From a virus: DNA of 64,000 nt. The position numbers and the translations under genes are program-made. The notes under the pieces are model-generated. The model worked only from the letters and a program-made list of their open reading frames with translations, was not told the origin of the DNA and did no database searches. Of this stretch, positions 26,841-36,170 are shown in pieces. Each line of letters opens with the position of its first letter. Within the stretch, counting starts at the first letter, position 1. The stretch spans positions 17,886-81,885 of IMG/VR virus record IMGVR_UViG_3300031551_000001; one strand, written 5' to 3'.

Positions 26841-29309
26841 ATGCCTTCAATAATTGCTAAGTTATACGAAGACGCGGGGACAAAAAAAGAATACAAAAAA
26901 ACAGGAAAGTATACCCTCCCTCTTTACGAAACAATAGACCCAAAGAAAAAAGACACAACAGAATATTGCCGGGACATTACTCGTGCAGCATTTTCTATGC
27001 TTATACAGGATAAAAATTTTCTTCCTGGTACAGCCTATAGTTATATGCAAACGTTGCGTGATTATGGTAATGGCAACCAAAATGAGTCAAAGTACATTAA
27101 TATGTTCCTTAATGGAGCACCCTCTACTTCATCAACCCCCACATCTTCTTCTTCTGATGTGGATGGTGTATGGACAAGCACCGCTAAAGCAAAGAGAAAA
27201 GCATTAGAAAATATTAATACTAAAATAGTAAGTGTTGCTACAAATTTAATGAACGCTATACAGGGGATATTTTCTGTATATGATGAGAATTGTTATGTGA
27301 ATTCCGTAGATAATTCTTCCATTGAAGAAGAAGAAAGGAAAATGTATGATATATTGTTTGATGTAAAAAATATTGATTTTTTAAAATCAATAAAAAATCA
27401 ATACGGCATGGATTTGAGTGGGGGCAGCCAAATGCCGTCTGATGTTACATTAGAGGAATTGGAGATTTATAAAGATATGGGGGGATTTCGTGGGGAGCAT
27501 GCTATCGCTGTGGAAGAGCTTATTAAATATACAGAGTTAATGAGCGATTGGGATTCTATGAAAAAAAGATATGTGAATGATATTGTTAAACTCAATATGA
27601 TTTCTGGTTTGAGCGAGTATGATTTGGAGACGTGTGAGGAAAGGTGGAAATATTGTGATCCGGGGAACGTTACTATGCAATATTCTATGGATGGTGGCTT
27701 TAAGGACGCAGAATATGGTGGTTATTTTGAACTTGTTAAAGTAAGCAAGTTGGTTCAAATGGGATTCCCTTCTAAGGAAATTATTAAATCAGCCAAAAAG
27801 TATGCAGGTATGTATAATAATATCGCATCTCTTGATTGGGGGAGGTATACTGGGCCATCATCTTATGACAATTCTCTTCTTGATATGCAAGTACCTGTTT
27901 ATCATCATTTTTGGAAGGATTGTAATATAGATAGAAAATTAAAGATAAAAGATGGGTATGGTCGGGAAATAAATCATCGAATAGATTTTGGAAAGGAAAT
28001 AAAACCCATTAGTGATTATAGAGCAAAAAAGGGAGTAGAACAATCTGAAATAAAGACCAGAAAAAGGATTGTTTATCAATGTTCTTGGGTAGTTGGCACT
28101 GATATGGTTTACAATTATGGACCACGACCCAATCAATCCAGAGAAAGCAAAAAAGAACCAATGTTGCCTATTTTTGTTAGGCGAGGGATAAATGATGATC
28201 CAACAATGATGTTTGGATCAATCATAGAAAGTATTATTCCCTATCTTGATAATTTACAAATGGCATGGTTAAAATATCAGGATGCGCTTATTAAATCACA
28301 TCCGGGTGGATGGGCACTAAACTTAAGGTTGCTTAGAAACTTAACTGTTGGCGGAGAGGAAATGTCCGAACTTGAAGCATTTAATATGTTTTATCATACC
28401 GGCAGACTTCCTTATCAGGACATACCCCTTGGAGAAAGGTATCGTGGAGGAGAAGTATTCCCTATTAAACAGATTGAAGGTAATTTAGGCGCATTGATGG
28501 CTGTAACAGCAGAAGAAATACACAGAAACCTGCAATTCATAGAAAAAGCTACCGGAATAAATCCGGCTCCTCTAGGACAAACACCGCAAGAAGATCAAAC
28601 AGCCACAGCCACAAGAATAGCAACAGCAGGAACAAATAATGTTTTAAGACCTTTATTCGATGATATTTTTTCTTTAAAAGAAAAGTTGGCAGATTGTTCT
28701 TCTAAAAGAATCCAACTTCTTATTCGTAATAATCCGGCCTCTAGAGACGCTTATGATAGGATTATAGGGGGGAGAAAAGTGGAGATGTTAAGGCAGATGG
28801 AAAGAAATGGAGCCGAATATGGGATGTATTTAGAAACCAGGGCTACCGATAAGGAAATACAATCGCTTATGTCGGCAGCAGAAGAAGCATTATCACCGGG
28901 AAGGGATGGAAAAATACAAATCAATCTTTCTCAATGGATGTATATATTTGAACAGATACGTTCTGGTGGTAATATTAAAAAGTTATCAAGAGATTTGAGT
29001 TTTATGATTCGCAGAAACGAAGAAATGCAAGCCCAGATAGCAGACAGAAACGTCCAGGCTCAAGCAGGGAGACAGGCAAAACAAGAAAATCTTAAAGCAC
29101 AGCAAGACCTTATTTTAAAACAAGCAGATGCTGTTAAGCAAAAAGATGTAGATAACAATAAAGCAAAAAATGAAGCTAAGTTAGAACAATTGAAATCTAA
29201 CTTGAAATATAAAGAGAATTTAATGAACACCAAAAAAGAGTTATTAAATGCCATTTCCAACAGACGATACGACAGACAGACTTCTGGAACAGGAGTTGCA
29301 GCAAGTTAA
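26841..29309 (+). CDS. Portal protein (crAss-like)
   Basis: 822 aa after TerL; RDYGNGNQ...Y, CDP.N and TGIN motifs; Q/A-rich C-terminal coiled coil. Confidence 0.85.
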   Translation: MPSIIAKLYEDAGTKKEYKKTGKYTLPLYETIDPKKKDTTEYCRDITRAAFSMLIQDKNFLPGTAYSYMQTLRDYGNGNQNESKYINMFLNGAPSTSSTPTSSSSDVDGVWTSTAKAKRKALENINTKIVSVATNLMNAIQGIFSVYDENCYVNSVDNSSIEEEERKMYDILFDVKNIDFLKSIKNQYGMDLSGGSQMPSDVTLEELEIYKDMGGFRGEHAIAVEELIKYTELMSDWDSMKKRYVNDIVKLNMISGLSEYDLETCEERWKYCDPGNVTMQYSMDGGFKDAEYGGYFELVKVSKLVQMGFPSKEIIKSAKKYAGMYNNIASLDWGRYTGPSSYDNSLLDMQVPVYHHFWKDCNIDRKLKIKDGYGREINHRIDFGKEIKPISDYRAKKGVEQSEIKTRKRIVYQCSWVVGTDMVYNYGPRPNQSRESKKEPMLPIFVRRGINDDPTMMFGSIIESIIPYLDNLQMAWLKYQDALIKSHPGGWALNLRLLRNLTVGGEEMSELEAFNMFYHTGRLPYQDIPLGERYRGGEVFPIKQIEGNLGALMAVTAEEIHRNLQFIEKATGINPAPLGQTPQEDQTATATRIATAGTNNVLRPLFDDIFSLKEKLADCSSKRIQLLIRNNPASRDAYDRIIGGRKVEMLRQMERNGAEYGMYLETRATDKEIQSLMSAAEEALSPGRDGKIQINLSQWMYIFEQIRSGGNIKKLSRDLSFMIRRNEEMQAQIADRNVQAQAGRQAKQENLKAQQDLILKQADAVKQKDVDNNKAKNEAKLEQLKSNLKYKENLMNTKKELLNAISNRRYDRQTSGTGVAAS

Positions 29310-30003
29310 TCAAGCTTTAATAGACGCTACAGACGCAGAAGCTATTATGGCTAAACAAGGCAAAACCCTTATGGATTTTGATTTGGCTACGGAGACAATT
29401 AATGTTGGTCGAACAAAAGCAGCGATGAGAGCAGCAGATAATAAGGTAATTTCTATGCAGAGAGCTTCTCGCATAAGTGGTCAGATACCTGTACGCGAAG
29501 GAGAATTTGAGGAAAGAACAGATGTTCCTAAAAATGAAGAACAGGATGAGTATAAGCTGGCCAGAGAGAGAGTTATGTCTGCACAGGACATTTTAACTCC
29601 TGCTTTGTTTAAAAAACACCCGGAATCAAAGGGTTTATATGAGTCAATTATAAATAGCGACATAATAGACAGGCAGAAATATTTTGAAGATTTGCCGGAT
29701 TATTATCTAACATCGGATGAAGCAGCAAAGGCTATGGGCGGAGGTAAAGAGGGGAAGGAAAAATATATGCAATACACTAAAGATATTGGGTTAACCAGCA
29801 CTTATTTGAACGAGCAATTTCCTACGTTATATGAGATAGGGGGAGAAAAGGAAACAGACGCGAATCAAATGCTAAAATACGGCTTAAGAAGTGCATCTCT
29901 CACAAGGTATAACACAGACCAGCCAAGAACACTTGAGAATATTCGTAAAGAACAGGAAAAGGTTAGAAACTATTTGACAACTAAAGGTTATAGGAAAAAG
30001 TAA
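29248..30003 (+). CDS. Hypothetical protein in the head module
   Basis: 251 aa, overlaps the portal 3' end. Confidence 0.7.
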   Translation: MPFPTDDTTDRLLEQELQQVNQALIDATDAEAIMAKQGKTLMDFDLATETINVGRTKAAMRAADNKVISMQRASRISGQIPVREGEFEERTDVPKNEEQDEYKLARERVMSAQDILTPALFKKHPESKGLYESIINSDIIDRQKYFEDLPDYYLTSDEAAKAMGGGKEGKEKYMQYTKDIGLTSTYLNEQFPTLYEIGGEKETDANQMLKYGLRSASLTRYNTDQPRTLENIRKEQEKVRNYLTTKGYRKK

Positions 30004-30090
30004 GTTGTTCAATTCCTTATTTATTTGTTTGTTATAAACGTAATTTTTATTGAATAAAGATTAGCGAAAGGGCATTTTTTTTCTTCTACT

Positions 30091-30098
30091 TATCTTTG
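30091..30098 (+). promoter_or_regulatory. Bacteroidota -7 promoter element
   Basis: TATCTTTG upstream of the scaffold/MCP genes. Confidence 0.6.
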
Positions 30099-30119
30099 TA
30101 CCAGAAAAAACTAACGATT

Positions 30120-31181
30120 ATGTCAGAAACGGAAAATACACAAGAAACTTCTGTGGAAAACACAGAACAAGAAACCGAAGAGACTCAGGAAACCCAATAT
30201 GATTTAGAAGGGTTTAACAAGCACTTCGGAAGTGATTTTAAAGATGAAGGTTCTTTGAGAGAATTTTTAAATAGTCCTTCGAAATACGAAGAACAACTCA
30301 GCCAAAAAGACACTGAGTTACAGTCTGCTTTAGAGAGAGCCCAAAAATATGACTACTTTATCGAACACGCAGACCCTAAGAAGCTATATGGTGATGAAGA
30401 TACAATGCGTTTCGTATCGTTGAAACAAAAATTTCCTGATAAGGATTTGTCTCTTATATCACAGGTAGTAAGTCCCAATTTCGAAAAGATGTCTAATGTA
30501 GACAAGTTGGTACTCGCAGATAAGTTTGAGGTCATTGATCCATCACTTTCTGATGAGGACAGAAGGAGGGGAATATTAAGGTCGCTGAGAATTGATGCCG
30601 ATGATATATCGGAACTTACAAAAGAAGATCAATATGTCATATCAAGAGAGGTTGCTAAACACAATGAACTCTTCAAGAGCATAAGAGATCACAAACCTGA
30701 AGAGGGAGCTTATAATCTTGCAGATGAAATTGAAAAAAACAAGCAGACAAAATCTCAACAATTGGAGGACAGAAAGAAAAAATGGGAACCGATAGCTAAA
30801 TCCTTGTTGAAGAATTTCGAATCTACCAAGGTTTACGATAAAGATGAAAAAGGAAATGATGTTGAAGTCTTTTCATATTCTGTGGATGATACTTTCAGGG
30901 AGAAGTTCGCTGAAAAGTTTCTGGAAGATTTGGTCAATTCAGGGCTTGAACCTACAAAGGAGAACGCCCAACAAGCAATGGCTTATATTGACCAGCAATT
31001 CAGAACCTCTTATTTTGATAAGATAGTTCGTGAAGCGCAGAAAGCAGCAAGAACGAAAGTAGAGGATGAAACTCACAAAGAGATTCATAACGACAGAGAG
31101 CAGAACACAACCCAGAGAGAGGCTGGTGGTGAAATTCCGAAGTCAATAAGGGAAAAATTCGGTGTCCAGAGAAATAAGTAA
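30120..31181 (+). CDS. Probable scaffolding protein
   Basis: Acidic E/T/Q-rich N-terminus, helical, immediately before MCP. Start refined to ATG 30120. Confidence 0.65.
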   Translation: MSETENTQETSVENTEQETEETQETQYDLEGFNKHFGSDFKDEGSLREFLNSPSKYEEQLSQKDTELQSALERAQKYDYFIEHADPKKLYGDEDTMRFVSLKQKFPDKDLSLISQVVSPNFEKMSNVDKLVLADKFEVIDPSLSDEDRRRGILRSLRIDADDISELTKEDQYVISREVAKHNELFKSIRDHKPEEGAYNLADEIEKNKQTKSQQLEDRKKKWEPIAKSLLKNFESTKVYDKDEKGNDVEVFSYSVDDTFREKFAEKFLEDLVNSGLEPTKENAQQAMAYIDQQFRTSYFDKIVREAQKAARTKVEDETHKEIHNDREQNTTQREAGGEIPKSIREKFGVQRNK

Positions 31182-31203
31182 TAACTAAAAAACATTTTAA
31201 ACA

Positions 31204-32613
31204 ATGGCAGCTCAAACATATCCAACATCCGCATCTAAAGTTGGACAATATAATTTCGGTGAGTGGGTTTCAATATTTGATACCCGCCTCGATGAAGGTT
31301 ATACGGAAGAAATTAATCGTTATGGTTTAGGAAGTCACTACATGGACTTTCTGGAACTTGCAGATTATAAAACCAATTTAACCACAAGAAGTCCCAAGGT
31401 CTTTGAAAGGCTTGAATGGGAAACTGCTGTAACGGTGGGAAGTGAAATCGCAGACGGGATTGCCGGGGCAGATATTAGCTTTACTGTTGCTGCTGCTGAT
31501 GTTGATGCATCAGGTAATTTACCGGTAATGGAAGGAGAGGGGTTGGTTGTTCCTGCTTCTAAACAAACTCCTGCTGAAGACAGAATTTATGTCATTTCAG
31601 ACATTACTGGTACTACCGTAACGGCATCACCGCTTTCAGCAGACGGGACTACTGTAACCGCCTCGCAGATAAGCGAAGCTATTCCTGTTGGTACAGTTTT
31701 GAAAGTGCATGGTATGTACAAAGGTCCAGGGACAGGACAACCTCCGGGACACAATACTTATCGTGCTACCCGCACATACTACACTTCAATTCCAAAGACT
31801 TCAATGAATTACGAAGGTGGAATTAATGCCATCAAATGGCGTGAAATTCCTACTGAAAGTGGGATTAATCAAGTATGGATAGAAGGACAGGAATTAGCAG
31901 AAAACTTCCACTCCAAGAGAATAGACGACATGATATTTCTTGGGGAATTAAACGACAACGCAGCTTTGACTGAAACTTCTCAATGGGGAGGTACAAATGC
32001 CCGCAGATCATCTCAGGGGTTATGGAACTGGGGTGGAGATGCAGGGCAAGATTTGACTTATGATGTGACATGGGAAACTTCTAATCTTTATGATTACAAG
32101 GATTTGATCATATCACAGAACGTAGTTTCGAGAGAAGTTGAATTTCTGTATGGAACAGATCTTGGAAGAATGATCGAAGAAGCCAATTTAGATTGGATTC
32201 GTGAATTTTCCGGTGGATCAGATTTATTCAGAACAGCCAATGAAATTGGAGTTGACATTAAGTTCTTCAAAGGAAATGGTTTCTTATTCAAATTCCAGGA
32301 AATTAAATCTTTTGCCAACCCACTTCGTTGGGGCAACAAAGAATATAATTTCACCAAGTACGGGATAATGCTCCCGAACCAAATGGAATCTGTGGAAATC
32401 GAAGGAAGGACAGAACGTCACGCCAATATTGCACTTGGTTATCTGAATAACAATGGTGAAGACAGAACCCGTATTGTACGTGTTCTTGATGGAATGAGTG
32501 GGAGAATGGGAATCGCTGTTGATCAGTATGATGGTTCAAACCTGTATATGCTGACTGAATTTGCACCGCTTATTTTCCGTCCTAATCAGATTGTTCGTGT
32601 ATTACCACAATAA
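31204..32613 (+). CDS. Major capsid protein (crAss-like)
   Basis: 469 aa; position after scaffold; MIFLGE...SQGL motif; strong terminator downstream. Confidence 0.85.
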   Translation: MAAQTYPTSASKVGQYNFGEWVSIFDTRLDEGYTEEINRYGLGSHYMDFLELADYKTNLTTRSPKVFERLEWETAVTVGSEIADGIAGADISFTVAAADVDASGNLPVMEGEGLVVPASKQTPAEDRIYVISDITGTTVTASPLSADGTTVTASQISEAIPVGTVLKVHGMYKGPGTGQPPGHNTYRATRTYYTSIPKTSMNYEGGINAIKWREIPTESGINQVWIEGQELAENFHSKRIDDMIFLGELNDNAALTETSQWGGTNARRSSQGLWNWGGDAGQDLTYDVTWETSNLYDYKDLIISQNVVSREVEFLYGTDLGRMIEEANLDWIREFSGGSDLFRTANEIGVDIKFFKGNGFLFKFQEIKSFANPLRWGNKEYNFTKYGIMLPNQMESVEIEGRTERHANIALGYLNNNGEDRTRIVRVLDGMSGRMGIAVDQYDGSNLYMLTEFAPLIFRPNQIVRVLPQ

Positions 32614-32619
32614 TAACAC

Positions 32620-32647
32620 AGGGAGGGTTAATTCCCTCCCTATTTTT
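32620..32647 (+). terminator. Rho-independent terminator after MCP
   Basis: AGGGAGGG-TTAATT-CCCTCCCT followed by ATTTTT. Confidence 0.85.
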
Positions 32648-32666
32648 AACTTAAAAACTAACGGAG

Positions 32667-33761
32667 ATGTTCATAGTAAACGGAGAAATCCTTTCAAAAA
32701 CAAAGACACCTGAATTATATAAATGGTATGATGAGAAAATAAGCACTATTAAGAGCTTAGAAAAAGATACATTTATATTTTCAGCGCACAAAAGGCCACA
32801 TTACGAAACAGATGATAGTGGTCGTAAGAGATTAATCAGACAATTCAAGGCATTGCCGTCCTCTTCCACTATTTGGAATGAAGAAATGAAGGAACATCAA
32901 ACATGGATATTTGCTCCAAGCGTAAATTCCATTACAAATTTAGATGGGATTTCTGTTGTAAAAAACAAACGTCCCATTGTAATAGGAGGAACAACGCTTT
33001 TCAGTAAGAAGCATGATATAGATATTATTTTCTTTTTACGATATATTTCAGAGGGTGTAAAGAATGGAAAAGCATTCGAAGTTGATATTGAAAATGACAA
33101 TATAGAAGAAGCCAAGAAAAACAAGATGGCTGCTAAAGCCCAGTATTTGCTTTATGATGACGATTCTCCGATTCATCCGAATAATTTCGGGTCAGAAAAA
33201 GCAATACGTGATTTGGGTATAGCTTGGGGTGTTGTGGATGCAATGAAAATACATGTTGATGAAGTAAGAAATAAACTTTGGGAAAAAATTCTTAAGGCTG
33301 AAAAAACAAGAGATTTTTCAAGGAGAGGATTTTCTGCTTTTATTGATAAGGTGAATGATACTAAAGAAGCCGCAAAGAGAGCTCTTATATTAAGGGCAAT
33401 AAATCTTGGTGTACTTACTTATGAAGACGGATCATGGTCATTACAGGCAGAAAATACAACCACAAATATATGCAGTGTATCACCGCAAATGGAAGGAGAA
33501 AAAGAGGAAGTTGTCATTGGATATATACTTGAAAATATTCATTATTTAAGCCTTGTTGAGAAGTCGGTGGAAACGGCATCAGAAAAACAGAAAGAAAAAC
33601 CAAAGCAGGCAAAAACCGACACAGTTTCTTTTGACAGGATTAAAGCTATAGACCAATGTATAGAGGAACTTGGTTGGAAGAAGGGGGATTTATGGAAGAA
33701 AAAGAATGAAGAAATAGAAAACATTCTTAAAAATCAGATAAAGCCTGCTGGCAGTGAATAA
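32667..33761 (+). CDS. Post-capsid hypothetical protein
   Basis: 364 aa; ILRAINLGVL motif like genes downstream of MCP in related phages (from recall). Confidence 0.65.
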   Translation: MFIVNGEILSKTKTPELYKWYDEKISTIKSLEKDTFIFSAHKRPHYETDDSGRKRLIRQFKALPSSSTIWNEEMKEHQTWIFAPSVNSITNLDGISVVKNKRPIVIGGTTLFSKKHDIDIIFFLRYISEGVKNGKAFEVDIENDNIEEAKKNKMAAKAQYLLYDDDSPIHPNNFGSEKAIRDLGIAWGVVDAMKIHVDEVRNKLWEKILKAEKTRDFSRRGFSAFIDKVNDTKEAAKRALILRAINLGVLTYEDGSWSLQAENTTTNICSVSPQMEGEKEEVVIGYILENIHYLSLVEKSVETASEKQKEKPKQAKTDTVSFDRIKAIDQCIEELGWKKGDLWKKKNEEIENILKNQIKPAGSE

Positions 33762-33793
33762 GAGTTTCCGTTTCCGTTAGTTCTCATAGTGCG

Positions 33794-33823
33794 CCCTTCA
33801 CAGTTTATTCTGTGAGGGGTTTT
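33794..33823 (+). terminator. Rho-independent terminator
   Basis: CCCTTCACAG-TTTATT-CTGTGAGGGG followed by TTTT. Confidence 0.8.
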
Positions 33824-33852
33824 GTGTGAAAGAGCAGATTTCAAAAGATTAG

Positions 33853-33860
33853 TAAATTTG
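33853..33860 (+). promoter_or_regulatory. Bacteroidota -7 promoter element
   Basis: TAAATTTG upstream of the fibre genes. Confidence 0.55.
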
Positions 33861-33875
33861 TAGAAATTTAAACAA

Positions 33876-34721
33876 ATGACACTTTACGAAGCCCTTGATA
33901 ATTTTGAAGATCAGTATTTGGAGGCGGTTGAAAGCGGAAGTCTTAGAGAAATAGCAGCACTTGAATCAGACTGGATAAAAATTGATAATGAATATACTCT
34001 TTATAGGCTTGCTTTAATAGGGGGAGATGGAACATCCGCACAGGAACATTTAGATGTAATAGAATCAATTCTTTCTTCAAATGATTTAACTGTTGACGAA
34101 GGCAGTTTAGCCCCCGTTTCTATTGGTCTTAATCTTACTCCAGACAACATCAGCATTCAATGCGACGCCTCCGGTGTACCAAAGGATGGAGCCTATGATT
34201 ATGCTATCGGAACTTGTTATGTATTTGTTGGAACAGCAGATGATACGGAAAATTGGACATTTACCATTAATTCAGTAACAAATTGTACAGCGGCAATTCA
34301 AAATGATGATGAAGTAAAAGTTAATAGTATAACTGATGAGTCTGGGAATGTTGTTGTGAAGGGAACAAGAACGGGATATAGTAATGTTTATCTTACACTT
34401 CGGGTATTTAAAATAAGAGATGGTCTTGCTAATTATAATCTGGATAAAGAAGCAGATAAAGACGCTGCTTTTACTAAAACATTTAGCGCAGGAGAAAAAC
34501 TGGAGGCTATAGATTTTGAATATGTTAGCGGGACTCCATACATTAAAGTTGGATTGACTTTAGGAGGTACACAGGTTAGTCTTGCTGAATTGGCAGTACC
34601 TACAGACGATTATTTATCTCTGACTGTTAACAAGATATTTTCTGCGGAAACTATTGTTTATGTAACTATAACCGGCGGGGTTGTAAATGTGAATTGGGAT
34701 TACAGAACTTTATATTTTTAG
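33876..34721 (+). CDS. Structural protein (fibre hub/adaptor-like, beta-rich), no signal peptide
   Basis: Acidic helical N-terminus followed by Ig-like beta segments. Confidence 0.6.
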   Translation: MTLYEALDNFEDQYLEAVESGSLREIAALESDWIKIDNEYTLYRLALIGGDGTSAQEHLDVIESILSSNDLTVDEGSLAPVSIGLNLTPDNISIQCDASGVPKDGAYDYAIGTCYVFVGTADDTENWTFTINSVTNCTAAIQNDDEVKVNSITDESGNVVVKGTRTGYSNVYLTLRVFKIRDGLANYNLDKEADKDAAFTKTFSAGEKLEAIDFEYVSGTPYIKVGLTLGGTQVSLAELAVPTDDYLSLTVNKIFSAETIVYVTITGGVVNVNWDYRTLYF

Positions 34722-34724
34722 ATC

Positions 34725-36170
34725 ATGAAACGAATTATTATATTTTTATCATTGTTTTTGTTGGTAATTTCTTGTAAGGCACAAAGCCCCGGCATATTCA
34801 CATTTGTTATTGTGAGGGATTCTGCTGAAATACCAACTGTAAGTATAGAAACCCTTCTTAGTATAACTGGTTGGACTAAAGTAACTGAAGATTTTGTACA
34901 AGATGGTGATACTTTGGAAAATCTTGTTGATAGTATTGATATTGTGACAATGATAGGAAATATTGGTGGGGATGTATTTTTTACCGATACAGTGTCAATT
35001 ATTGCCACAAAAGCGGACACCATTTCTAAGATAGCGACAAAATATGATATTGATTCATTATATTCTTCTCTTTTAATTTATGCTAGGGATAGTGATTGGG
35101 TCTCTACTACGCATGATACTATATTTTTTGATGATGATGGAGATTATTTTATTACTATGGGAGAGAGCGTAAATACACTTTATTTTTATTTTGATGGTGA
35201 AACGGTAACTATGTCTGATGCTTCTGGCGATTATAGTGGTACAATGATAGAATCTGATTATATATTGATAAATGATTCAATTTGTAATCGAACGGAAGGG
35301 CCTGAAGAAATGAATTGTGTTAGTATTGATGATCTTTATACTGTAGTTTCTTCTGGTGGTAGTGGCTCTGTTGATTTTTCAGGTATACCGGACGGAAGAG
35401 TTATTTTCGCAAAAGAAGATACGGCATCATATAGTTCAAATTTTAATTTTTATGATAGTACATTACATTTATCTGTTGATACTGAACAGGAAGATACTGC
35501 TTTATTTATAGAAAATAATGGTTCCGGGGGTATGGATGTTGGAATATCAATTCTCAACACCGGCTCAAAAGGGGTTTATATTAGTCAAACCGCAGGTGTT
35601 GGAGTTGGATTAGATATGGATATTGCTGATGGGACAAGTGCGATTGATATAGATTTAATGGGACAAAATGTTTATGGGGTAAGGGTTAATGCACAAAAAA
35701 CAGGAGAGGCATTTATAACGCAAGATGATGGAGATGATGTTTTTGTAATTGATTCTTCCGGTGGTGTTCACATGGAAGATTCGTTATGGTTAAATGTTTT
35801 AGAGGATGCACAACATGATGAACAATGGTTAGGATTAAGCCACACAAATGCAGTATTTGCTGATTCACTTACTGACGCTGGGTTTGGACTTGCAGATGAA
35901 TTGCTTCCAATTGATGAATATTTAAATAATTTTCAGTATAATGAAAAAACGGGGTTTAATGAGCTTTTATGGAAATACTGGAATGGTAAAGAATATATCT
36001 CTGAATATTCTATTAAAGGAAGGCCAAGTGTCACTATTCAAAAACTTCAATGGGGTATAGAACATTCGTTTCGATATATACAACAATTAGAAGATGAAAA
36101 TATGCGAATGAAAGCAAGAATATATGATATAGAAGAACGATTAAAAACATTAGAATTTAAATTAGAATGA
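34725..36170 (+). CDS. Tail fibre/spike-like protein with signal peptide and C-terminal chaperone-like coiled coil
   Basis: MKRIIIFLSLFLLVISCKA|Q; G-rich beta repeats; ends IEHSFRYIQQLEDEN..MKARI..IEERL, like the tail of S74-type chaperones. Confidence 0.7.
   Translation: MKRIIIFLSLFLLVISCKAQSPGIFTFVIVRDSAEIPTVSIETLLSITGWTKVTEDFVQDGDTLENLVDSIDIVTMIGNIGGDVFFTDTVSIIATKADTISKIATKYDIDSLYSSLLIYARDSDWVSTTHDTIFFDDDGDYFITMGESVNTLYFYFDGETVTMSDASGDYSGTMIESDYILINDSICNRTEGPEEMNCVSIDDLYTVVSSGGSGSVDFSGIPDGRVIFAKEDTASYSSNFNFYDSTLHLSVDTEQEDTALFIENNGSGGMDVGISILNTGSKGVYISQTAGVGVGLDMDIADGTSAIDIDLMGQNVYGVRVNAQKTGEAFITQDDGDDVFVIDSSGGVHMEDSLWLNVLEDAQHDEQWLGLSHTNAVFADSLTDAGFGLADELLPIDEYLNNFQYNEKTGFNELLWKYWNGKEYISEYSIKGRPSVTIQKLQWGIEHSFRYIQQLEDENMRMKARIYDIEERLKTLEFKLE

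Noticed and set aside
34718-35023. Short antisense ORFs across the structural module (this one and similar)
   Set aside because: They lie opposite well-supported genes and show no independent coding signal.
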